Source of the DNA: an uncultured Bacteroidales bacterium
GTDB taxonomy: Bacteria > Bacteroidota > Bacteroidia > Bacteroidales > UBA932
Direction of reading: 5' to 3'
DNA: 64,000 nucleotides
Assembly: GCA_905234285.1 (NCBI GenBank)
Contig: CAJOHK010000001.1
Span: forward strand, 5,375-69,374
Part shown: piece after piece, positions 49,180-57,067 of the stretch
Layout: each line of letters opens with the position of its first letter
Position numbering within the stretch: position 1 is the stretch's first letter
Made by a program: the position numbers and the translations under genes
Notes under the pieces: model-generated
What the model was told of the DNA's origin: nothing
The model's database searches: none
Seen by the model: only the letters and a program-made list of their open reading frames with translations

Positions 49180-51756
49180 CAGCCATATGGGGACCAGCGC
49201 CAGGGCCAGCAGCAGCAAAAGCAGGATGGAGCTCCAGCGGGAGACGGCGGCGCCGAGCCGATAGCTGTCGGGGAGGAAGGTCATGGCGACCTCGTGCTCG
49301 CCGGCGGGCAGCAGGGCGGCGCGGAGGGTCCAGTCGGCCCGGAAGAGTTCCAGCGGCTCGCCGTCAACGGTGGCTTTCCAGCCGTTTGGGTACCAGATTT
49401 CGCTGAACACGGCCACCTTGTCTACGGGGGTGCTGTAGCGGTAGTGCAGCTCATTGGGCGCGTAGGAAAGCATGTCGATAACGGGGGTGACCGACGGTAT
49501 TTCAGTGGTATTCGGCAAAAAATCGGGCACATTGGCCACTACGGCCTGGGTTTTCAAATCGGCCTGGCCCAGGAGGGCGATTTCCTCGTCGGGCGTGGCG
49601 GCCACCACCAGGGAATCTACGAACCAGGCGGCGCCCAGGGCAGCATCGTTCACCACCGGGGGATAATCGGCATCGATGACCACGTAGCGCGTATTGAGCG
49701 CGTTGAGCACCGGGGTGAAGGCTTCCATGTAGGCCGATACGTCGTCCAGCGATTCGGCGTTCTGGAGCAACTTGTACAGGCCGTTGATCTCGCCGGTGAG
49801 GTACTGCTCAATGAGATCCTGGTAGCGCTGGAGCTTGGCCGGAGAATAGCCGCCCACGTTCTTGTGCCGATAGGAGGGCACCGAGGAGTTGAACACGTTC
49901 ACCGTGAGGTCCAGCACGCGGTACTGGGGGTCGTCGTCCTGGAGGATGATGCGGTCTACGGGGCGCTCGGCGAAGGGTTTGTTAAAGTCCTTGGGCGTGG
50001 TGAAGTGGCTGGCGTTGAGGTAGCGCTTGCCCACGGCAAACAGGTTCACCAGCACCAGCAGGCCAATACCGACCACCGCTGCCAGGCGGCGTCCGGCCGA
50101 TGTTTTGGCTTCGCTCGCCGGGAGACAGGCCCACAGCAGCAGGCCGGCCGAAGCCAGGATGAGCAGCAGGGAGGTAAGGGCATCGGCCCGGAAGAGGGCA
50201 ATGCGGTCGGCCACCAGGGCGTCTACAAGGACGTCCTGCATTTGGGCGTCGGCGTCGCTGGTGAAGGTGCCAAAGAGGCCGGGCATGAGCCAGCACAGCA
50301 GGCAGAAGCCGCCGGTGAGGCCCAGCGCCCACCACAGGCCGCGCAGGAAGTCCTTCCGCCCAATCTGCGCCTGTGCGATGCGCTCCAGCGTGAGGAAGCC
50401 AAGCACGGGCAGGGTCACTTGCAGCACCACCAGCGCCATGGACACCGTGCGGAATTTGTTATACAGCGGCAGAATATCGTAGCACAGCTTGGTGAAGGCC
50501 ATGAAATGACTGCCTACCGCCATGAGGACGGCCAACAGGGTTGCGGCCAGGAGCCACCATTTCTCCCGGCCTTTGTATAGGAAGAGGCCCAGGAGGAACA
50601 GGAAAACCGTGATGGCGCCCATGTACATCGGCCCGGCGGTGAAGGGCTGCGGGCCCCAATACATCGGCAGGGCTCTGGCGGTTTCCTTGAGGTTCTTTTG
50701 CCCGGCCCGTTTGAGGAGTTTTATGGTCTCTGACTTCTCCGGATTCACCGACCCGGCCGATGCGCCGCCGTTGAAATTGGGGATCATAAGGTTGGGCAGT
50801 TCCTCCCAGCCGTAACTCCAGGCCGTGGCATAGTCCAGGTCCAGGCCTTTGGTGTTGGCGCCATCTTTTGACAGTTCCGAGCCGCCCCGCATGGTGTTGG
50901 GGGTGTATTTGGCCAGCGGCAGCAGCTTGTTCACGTTGGTGGCAATACCGGCGCCGCCCAGCACCAGCAACAGGGCCGATGCAATGAAAAATTCCTTCCA
51001 GGCCTTGGTCTTGAACAAATGAATGAACTCCACCAGGGCATAAAGCAGCACCAGTATGGCCAGATAGTAGGTGATTTGCTGATGGTTGGCCTTGATTTGC
51101 AGGCTCAGCGCCAGGCCGAAGAGGGTAGCGCCCAGGAGTATTCTGGGAAGGAGTGCTTGTGGCGCCAAAGATACCATTCGCTCCACGTCGCTTCGCGACC
51201 CTGTGCGGGCAAATGCTACGCGAAGGGCATCTTTTCCGCCTGACGCACTCCGGTAGGTGTACACTAGTGCCGCCAGGACCCAGGGCATGAGCGCGATGGC
51301 CTGCATCTTGGTGTTATGCCCCACCTGAATGATTTGGAAGTTGTAACTGCAGAACGCCACGGCAATGGCGCCGCCGATGGCCACGGGCCAGCTCACCCCA
51401 AACGCCAGGAATAGCAGGAAAGCACCCAGCAGCGTCACAAAGAGCCAGGTGGCGGGGCGCTTGCCGACAAACAGCAGGTTGTACAGCGGCTGGATGTAAT
51501 CGCCACCGTTTTGCGTAGAGATGGCCGTGGTGGGCATGCCGCCGAACATGGAATCGGTCCAGTATGTGGGATTGTCCGGATGCGCCTTGTTCCACTCTGT
51601 CATCTCATGGGACATACCTATGTAGCCGGAGATATCACTCTGGTTCACAATCTTTCCATCCAGCACCTGCGGCACAAAGCCATAGCTAAGCGCCAGGAAT
51701 AGTACAACTACCCCCGCTGCTACAGCCAGTTTCTTCCAAGTATTCATATACTTCAT
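49168..51756 (-). CDS. YfhO family membrane protein
   Basis: YWTDSMFGGMP, NHQQITYY, MRGGSEL, YWGPQP, YNKFR, GGYSPAKLQRYQDL and VFSEIWYPNGW motifs. Confidence 0.88.
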   Translation of the reverse strand: MKYMNTWKKLAVAAGVVVLFLALSYGFVPQVLDGKIVNQSDISGYIGMSHEMTEWNKAHPDNPTYWTDSMFGGMPTTAISTQNGGDYIQPLYNLLFVGKRPATWLFVTLLGAFLLFLAFGVSWPVAIGGAIAVAFCSYNFQIIQVGHNTKMQAIALMPWVLAALVYTYRSASGGKDALRVAFARTGSRSDVERMVSLAPQALLPRILLGATLFGLALSLQIKANHQQITYYLAILVLLYALVEFIHLFKTKAWKEFFIASALLLVLGGAGIATNVNKLLPLAKYTPNTMRGGSELSKDGANTKGLDLDYATAWSYGWEELPNLMIPNFNGGASAGSVNPEKSETIKLLKRAGQKNLKETARALPMYWGPQPFTAGPMYMGAITVFLFLLGLFLYKGREKWWLLAATLLAVLMAVGSHFMAFTKLCYDILPLYNKFRTVSMALVVLQVTLPVLGFLTLERIAQAQIGRKDFLRGLWWALGLTGGFCLLCWLMPGLFGTFTSDADAQMQDVLVDALVADRIALFRADALTSLLLILASAGLLLWACLPASEAKTSAGRRLAAVVGIGLLVLVNLFAVGKRYLNASHFTTPKDFNKPFAERPVDRIILQDDDPQYRVLDLTVNVFNSSVPSYRHKNVGGYSPAKLQRYQDLIEQYLTGEINGLYKLLQNAESLDDVSAYMEAFTPVLNALNTRYVVIDADYPPVVNDAALGAAWFVDSLVVAATPDEEIALLGQADLKTQAVVANVPDFLPNTTEIPSVTPVIDMLSYAPNELHYRYSTPVDKVAVFSEIWYPNGWKATVDGEPLELFRADWTLRAALLPAGEHEVAMTFLPDSYRLGAAVSRWSSILLLLLLALALVPIWLSRM
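51150..51251. repeat. 102-bp palindromic element inserted in frame within yfhO
   Basis: Nested arms ggagtgc/gcactcc, ggcg/cgcc, aaagat/atcttt and ttcgc/gcgaa; inner hairpin gtcgcttcgcgac. Confidence 0.65.
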
Positions 51757-51840
51757 CTATATTTCATTGTTTCGCCCCCACCAGCGCCCTCCGAGCACGG
51801 ATTGGGCCCGTTTGGTGCGCGGCCTTGTCTTTTTGCCCCA

Positions 51841-52127
51841 CTCGTGAACATTTTTGGCCTTTCTTGTTCACCAAGTGGCCAATTTCGCATTCTCGTGAAC
51901 AAAAAGGGGCAATTTTGTTCACCAGGTCGCTATTTTTCACTTCTCGTGAACAAAAAAGGGCGGTTTTGTTCACCAGATTGCTATTTTTCACTTCTCGTGA
52001 ACAAAAAAGGGCAATTTTGTTCACCAGATTGCTATTTTTCATTTCTCGTGAACAAAAAAGGGCGGTTTTGTTCACCAGGTCGCTATTTTTCACTTCTCGT
52101 GAACAAAAAGGGGGTGTTTTTGTTCAC
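51841..52127. repeat. Tandem array of 51-bp hairpin units (~5.6 copies)
   Basis: CTCGTGAAC starts at 51841, 51892, 51943, 51994, 52045 and 52096; each unit contains GTGAACA...TGTTCAC. Confidence 0.92.
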
Positions 52128-53416
52128 AAGGTGCTCACCTTATTCAATAGTTGCGCCAGAGCGTGGGTTAGGGAACGACGGGTGTAGGGGGCGATGTCGC
52201 CGGTGGTGGGCGGAACACCGCCGGACTGGTGCTGCTGCCATGCCTGTTCCAGGAAAGCGCGCATGGAGGCGGCATCGGCCCAGTCGGCCGTAATGCCGGC
52301 CTGGGTCTGGGACAGGACGCGGGCCATGGCGCCGTCGGGCTGGCCGATTCCTAACACCGGGCGCCTGGCGGCCAGGTACTCAAAGAGCTTGCCAGGGAGG
52401 ATGGGCCGATACTGAGGGTCGTTGCGCAGGGGCAACAGCAACACTGTGGCAGCGCGTTGCTCCCGGACGGCGGTGGCGTGGTCGCAGTAGCCCAGGGCCT
52501 CTACGTTGGCCTCCAGCCCCGCCTGCCGAATGGCCTCCAGCACCTCGGGGTCCACTTTTCCGGCCAGCCGGAGACGCAGCGCCTCCTTGAAGGCCGGGTC
52601 GGCGGCGGCCATGGAGCCAAGGACCTGCCAGAGCACCAGCGGGTTGCCATCGGCGGCCAACAAGCCCACATGGGCCAGGTTAAAATGCCTGTCCTTGCGG
52701 GAGAGCTGTCGGCCGGCAAAGTCCTCCTGGTCGAAGCCGTTGGTGATGCAGGCGACCGGCGATTTTGTCTGGGCCTGGAACTCCTCCTGCACCAGCGGGG
52801 TGCACGCCAGCACTGTATTGCACTGGTCCAGCACGGCCTGCTCCTGCCGACGCAGTTTCTTCCAGGTATAGTCGGTCATGGGCAGATACCGCAGGTAGTA
52901 CATGCGGCTCCAGGGGTCCCGGAAGTCCGGAATCCAGGGAATGCCCAGTTTCTTATGCAGTTTTTGGCCGATGAGATGCACCGAATGCGGCGGGCCAGTG
53001 GTCACAATCACGTCTACGGGATGCTCCCGGAGGTAGGCGATGAGGGTTTTCACCGAGGGACGAACCCAGCCCACGCGGGGATCCGGCACAAAAAGGTTGG
53101 CCCTGATCCAGAGGCTGAGCTTCTGCTTCCATGTCTTGGGACCGCTGGAGATTTCTGTTACTTGCGTGCTTTGGGCTCCGGTGAGCGAGCGGTAGGCGGC
53201 ATAGGGCTCCCAGATGGGGCCGCGCAGGACCTCGACATTGGCGGGGACTTCGGCCTCAAAAGAGGGGTCGAGAGAGGGGTAATCGGCGCCATCGGGAGCA
53301 AACACAACGGGCTCCCAGCCCTCTTTGGGCAGGTATTTTACAAATTTAACCCAGCGCTGCACCCCCGACCCTCCGGACGGCGGCCAATAGTAGGCTATGA
53401 CCAAAACGCGCTTCAT
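52124..53416 (-). CDS. GT4 family glycosyltransferase
   Basis: IAYYWPPSGGSGVQRW, TTGPPHS.H, DFRDPW, ITNGFD and PGKLFEYL motifs; -7 box TACCTTTG at 53423-53430. Confidence 0.9.
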   Translation of the reverse strand: MKRVLVIAYYWPPSGGSGVQRWVKFVKYLPKEGWEPVVFAPDGADYPSLDPSFEAEVPANVEVLRGPIWEPYAAYRSLTGAQSTQVTEISSGPKTWKQKLSLWIRANLFVPDPRVGWVRPSVKTLIAYLREHPVDVIVTTGPPHSVHLIGQKLHKKLGIPWIPDFRDPWSRMYYLRYLPMTDYTWKKLRRQEQAVLDQCNTVLACTPLVQEEFQAQTKSPVACITNGFDQEDFAGRQLSRKDRHFNLAHVGLLAADGNPLVLWQVLGSMAAADPAFKEALRLRLAGKVDPEVLEAIRQAGLEANVEALGYCDHATAVREQRAATVLLLPLRNDPQYRPILPGKLFEYLAARRPVLGIGQPDGAMARVLSQTQAGITADWADAASMRAFLEQAWQQHQSGGVPPTTGDIAPYTRRSLTHALAQLLNKVSTL

Positions 53417-53526
53417 AACCTACAAAGGTACAAAAAAGTTTTGCTTGCAAAGGTGGGGATTTCTTCCTACATATCGGCGTTTTCTTTGCGTGAAGGTCCA
53501 CCGCCTGGACCCTCGCGCAAAGCCCG

Positions 53527-53634
53527 CTGGTCGCTAACGCCTTGACCCACAGCGATTTGCCAAAAAATCCTCGTTCGATTTTTGCGACGAGGATTTTCCT
53601 GGAAGTTACTGTGGGACAGTAAGTTAGCTGCCAC
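53527..53634. repeat. Box-hairpin-box element, family D
   Basis: Boxes at 53535 (TAACGCCTTGACCCACAGCGATTTG) and 53602 (GAAGTTACTGTGGGACAGTAAGTTA); core AAAATCCTCGT...ACGAGGATTTT. Confidence 0.65.
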
Positions 53635-53710
53635 CCGCCGTGTGACGAAACACACATTACCTTGGCCTTGATGCAACTTACTGCCAAACGTTGCATGAAG
53701 CTAAATAGCT

Positions 53711-54094
53711 TTACTTCAGTTTGTATTGTGTTGGCCCACTAGCCCAGCCAGGACTCTGCTTCAAAGACATGGTATTTCCATTGACTGTTCCGTAAATCAG
53801 ATAACCACTGCTTGTGTACAATACAACCGTTGGGCTGTCATAGACGTATGTTCCGTGATTAGTAGTGACATCTTTTTCTCTTTTACCGTTGCCGTCGGGA
53901 ATATCCGAATTTGTCGTGACCGTATACGTCTCCGTAGAGAATTGAATTGTAACATCAAGTTTCCAATCATCATCGTTAGAGGATGCTGTCCACGTAGTAC
54001 CAGCGATAGACTTAGAAACATCCACTTTGGAACAGGAACCAGCCACCGCTATTGCAATAAGCATAGCGCAGATAAGAAAAAATGTTTTTTTCAT
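53711..54094 (-). CDS. Small low-GC hypothetical lipoprotein
   Basis: MKKTFFLICAMLIAIAVAGSC lipobox; IAGTTW and GTYVY motifs; AT-rich relative to flanks. Confidence 0.7.
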   Translation of the reverse strand: MKKTFFLICAMLIAIAVAGSCSKVDVSKSIAGTTWTASSNDDDWKLDVTIQFSTETYTVTTNSDIPDGNGKREKDVTTNHGTYVYDSPTVVLYTSSGYLIYGTVNGNTMSLKQSPGWASGPTQYKLK

Positions 54095-54143
54095 AAACAT
54101 TACAGACTCCCTTGCGGCCCAAAGGAAACAATAATCTACAAAG

Positions 54144-54305
54144 AAAGTGTGAGCCACATAGTCTTATCCCGTGGAGGGCTCTCGACAGCCGTAGTAAGGA
54201 TAAGGGAAGCTCACACTGCTATAGTATGGGCGTGACCCACAAAATAGCCAATGAGAGCGTCTGTGCTCATTCCCTTACTACTTTGAATTGTCGAGATTCT
54301 CCAGC
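54144..54305 (-). ncRNA. Candidate structured 5' leader RNA
   Basis: Several complementary arms (see findings), lying between a -7 box TATCTTTG (54357-54364) and the lipoprotein ATG. Confidence 0.5.
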
Positions 54306-54478
54306 GAGGAAAAGCTAAACGCTTTCTGTATTTATAGCCCCGTTATTGGGCCAGTTCAAAGATAAGAATAATTTTCGGATTCACCACAAATTATTATAGC
54401 CTGCCAATGGAAATGTTGCAGGCTTTGATAAAAAAGGAAAAAGTGTTAAATTTGTGTACCAAATTAACACTAAACGCT

Positions 54479-54808
54479 ATGGGTAAATTCGTCATTACAC
54501 TCCGCAAAAACGGAGAATTTCAGTTCAATCTGAAGGCCACCAACGGCCAGGTCATTCTTACCAGCGAAGGTTACACCACCAAGACTGCCTGCCTCAACGG
54601 TGTAGAATCCGTGAAGAAAAACGCTGTCATCCCCGAGAGATTCGAGGTAAAGGAAGCCAAGAACGGCAAACCTTTCTTTAACCTCAAAGCTTCCAACGGC
54701 CAGGTGATCGGCGCCAGCCAGATGTACAGCTCAGAGGCCACCCTTAAGAATGGTATCGCCTCCGTTGCCAAGAACGCCCCGGACGCTCCCGTAGTAGAAG
54801 AGCTGTAA
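54479..54808 (+). CDS. YegP/DUF1508 family protein
   Basis: Two FNLKA.NGQVI..S..Y repeats; TTTG (54424) and TAAATTTG (54447) promoter boxes support the 54479 start. Confidence 0.9.
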   Translation: MGKFVITLRKNGEFQFNLKATNGQVILTSEGYTTKTACLNGVESVKKNAVIPERFEVKEAKNGKPFFNLKASNGQVIGASQMYSSEATLKNGIASVAKNAPDAPVVEEL

Positions 54809-54815
54809 GGCACGT

Positions 54816-54914
54816 TCACTTAAGCCGCTGATTAACAGCGTATTACACAAATTCAGTCCGGCAAAAAGCTGGACTGAATTGTTATAAAACACTGACGCTC
54901 AAGCACTTAGGTGA
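54816..54914. repeat. Box-hairpin-box element, family A copy 4 (contains the nucleotidyltransferase stop codon)
   Basis: ATTCAGTCCGGCAAAAAGCTGGACTGAAT core; boxes at 54821 and 54885. Confidence 0.85.
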
Positions 54915-55632
54915 CACGCAAAAAAGCCTCGGCGGCGTCCAGGGAGTCCAGTTTGCCAACATCCAGGAGCCGCAGATCCGGTGCAAACACCCCATAGATG
55001 GGATAACGGGCGCAGGCCTGCAGATAGAAGTCCATAATGGGGAACCGCTCCGGCATGCCCAGCGCATCGAACGCATCAAACACCCCAACACCCAGGTAGT
55101 GGATGCCGGAAAAGGCGTATCGGCGACAGGCCGAAGGATCCAGATCCGGATAGGGCGAGCGCACCTCTCCGGTAGAGACATCGGTCCAGCCCACCAGGCG
55201 CATGTCATCGGCAAAAAGCAGGTAACGACGGGTCTCGCGGGCGCTCACCAGCAGCGTGGCCAGGGCCGACGGACGCACCTGTCTGCGGAACCACGCCAGG
55301 TCCAGGTTGGAAAGGATGTCCACGTTGTGCACCAGGAAAGGCTCGCCTTCCAGCAGCGGCCGGGCGTGCAAAATGGCGCCGCCGGTCTCCAGCAGCCGGG
55401 CCGACTCGTCGGACACCTTCACGTCGGGCGCCGAAGCAGCCAGATAGGCCCGGATCTGCTCCGGGAAATGGTGCACGTTCACCACCAGGTCATGGTAGCC
55501 GGCGGCCCGCAGCTTGGTAAGAACGTGCCACAGCAGCGGCTGCCCGGCCACCGGCACCAGCGCCTTGGGCATGGTATCGGTGATGGGACGCAGCCTGGTA
55601 CCCAGGCCGGCGGCAAAAATCATGGCCCGCAT
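54907..55632 (-). CDS. Sugar-1-phosphate nucleotidyltransferase (MurU-like)
   Basis: MRAMIFAAGLGTRLRPITDTMPKALVPV, LLETGG and HNVD motifs; true start at 55632. Confidence 0.88.
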   Translation of the reverse strand: MRAMIFAAGLGTRLRPITDTMPKALVPVAGQPLLWHVLTKLRAAGYHDLVVNVHHFPEQIRAYLAASAPDVKVSDESARLLETGGAILHARPLLEGEPFLVHNVDILSNLDLAWFRRQVRPSALATLLVSARETRRYLLFADDMRLVGWTDVSTGEVRSPYPDLDPSACRRYAFSGIHYLGVGVFDAFDALGMPERFPIMDFYLQACARYPIYGVFAPDLRLLDVGKLDSLDAAEAFLRVT

Positions 55633-55634
55633 GG

Positions 55635-57056
55635 CTACAGCATTTTTTCTACGTTCATCTCCCGGTGCGTGAGAATCACCTTGATGTTGTATTTGTCGGC
55701 CAGGTGACGGGCCAAGTGCTCGGCGCAGTACACGCTGCGGTGCTGGCCGCCGGTGCAGCCGAAGCACACCTGCAGGTGAGTGAATTTGCGCTCTACAAAG
55801 CGCTGCACGTGGGCATCGACCAGCTTGTACACGCTCTCCAGGAACACGGTTACCTCGCCGTCGTCCTCCAGGAATTTGATGACCTCGGGGTCGGTGCCGT
55901 AAAACTGACGGTAGTGCTCGTACTTGCCGGGGTTGTTAATGGAGCGGCAGTCGAAGACGTATCCGCCGCCGTTGCCGGTAGTATCGGCCGGAATGCCCTT
56001 CTTGTAGGCGAAGCTGTAGATGTGCACCTCCAGGCGCTTGTCCTCGGCCATGTTGTTGAACTGGGGCATCACGGCCAGCTGGGAAAGCAGCTCGTTCAGG
56101 TAAGGATAGTCGGTGAAGGGGGTCTGCAGCAGCGTGCGCAGGTTGCTTAGGGCGTAGGGGACGCTGGCAATGAAGTGGGGCTTTTTCTCAAAGTAGCCGC
56201 GGAAGCCGTAGCAGCCCAGCACCTGCAGGGTCCTAAAGAGCACAAACAGGCGCAGACGGGCGCGGAAGGCTTCTTCGTCCACCTGCTTGAACCCCTGGAG
56301 GGCGCGCAGGTAGCTGCGGATGAGCTCCTGCTTGAGGTCCTCGGGGAAGCGGGAACGGGCCTGCCAGATGAAGGAGGCCACGTCGTAGTAGATAGGACCG
56401 CGCCGGCCGCCCTGAAAGTCGATGAACCAGGGTTCGCCGTCCTTCACCATCACGTTGCGGGCCTGGAAATCGCGGTACATGAAGGTATTGTCGTCCTCCA
56501 AAAGCAAATCGGCCTTGAACTTTTCAAAATCGTCCTGCAGCAGGGTCTCGTTGAATTCCAGCCCCGTGGCCTTGAGGAAGCAGTATTTGAAGTAGTTGAG
56601 GTCGAAGTCTACCATGCGCGCGTCAAACGCCTGCTGCGGGTAGCACTTGCTCCAGTCCAGGCCGTCGGCCCCCAGGAACTGCAGGCGGGGCAGCTGCTCC
56701 ACGGTGCGCTTGAGAAGGTCGGTCTCGAAGGAGCTGTAAATGCCGCTCTCCCGGCCGTGGGACACCATGTCGAAGAGGAGCGTATCGCCCAGGTCCTCCT
56801 GGATGTAGGCCAGGTAGTCGACGCTCACGGCCAGCACCTCCGGCACACGTAACCCCTTGCCCTTGAAGTGCTTGGAGAAGGTGATGAAGGCCTCGTTCTC
56901 CTCCTTGCTGGTGCCGACGACGCCCACAAGGCTGAGGCTGTTGCCCTTGAGGCGGAAGTAGCGGCGATGGCTGCCCGACGAGGGAAAAGGATCGGCCTGC
57001 AGGAGAGCCTGCCCGGTATAGGCTTCAAACAGGGATTTGAGGATGTCTTCTGGCAT
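55635..57056 (-). CDS. APH/AmgK-like phosphotransferase fused to a RapZ C-terminal-like domain
   Basis: GSHRRYFR, EDLGD, YRDFQARN and IDFQG motifs; C-terminal VFDCR..NPG and GCTGGQHRSVYCAE. Confidence 0.85.
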   Translation of the reverse strand: MPEDILKSLFEAYTGQALLQADPFPSSGSHRRYFRLKGNSLSLVGVVGTSKEENEAFITFSKHFKGKGLRVPEVLAVSVDYLAYIQEDLGDTLLFDMVSHGRESGIYSSFETDLLKRTVEQLPRLQFLGADGLDWSKCYPQQAFDARMVDFDLNYFKYCFLKATGLEFNETLLQDDFEKFKADLLLEDDNTFMYRDFQARNVMVKDGEPWFIDFQGGRRGPIYYDVASFIWQARSRFPEDLKQELIRSYLRALQGFKQVDEEAFRARLRLFVLFRTLQVLGCYGFRGYFEKKPHFIASVPYALSNLRTLLQTPFTDYPYLNELLSQLAVMPQFNNMAEDKRLEVHIYSFAYKKGIPADTTGNGGGYVFDCRSINNPGKYEHYRQFYGTDPEVIKFLEDDGEVTVFLESVYKLVDAHVQRFVERKFTHLQVCFGCTGGQHRSVYCAEHLARHLADKYNIKVILTHREMNVEKML

Positions 57057-57067
57057 AGGTTACGGGG

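Noticed and set aside
51841-52127. Possible CRISPR array
   Set aside because: Inter-hairpin segments are near-identical rather than unique spacers; no cas genes are present.
51764-52293. ORFs 51764-52093, 51802-52293 and 51825-52187 with 17-aa repeats
   Set aside because: By-products of a 51-bp (3n) tandem repeat; no independent coding evidence.
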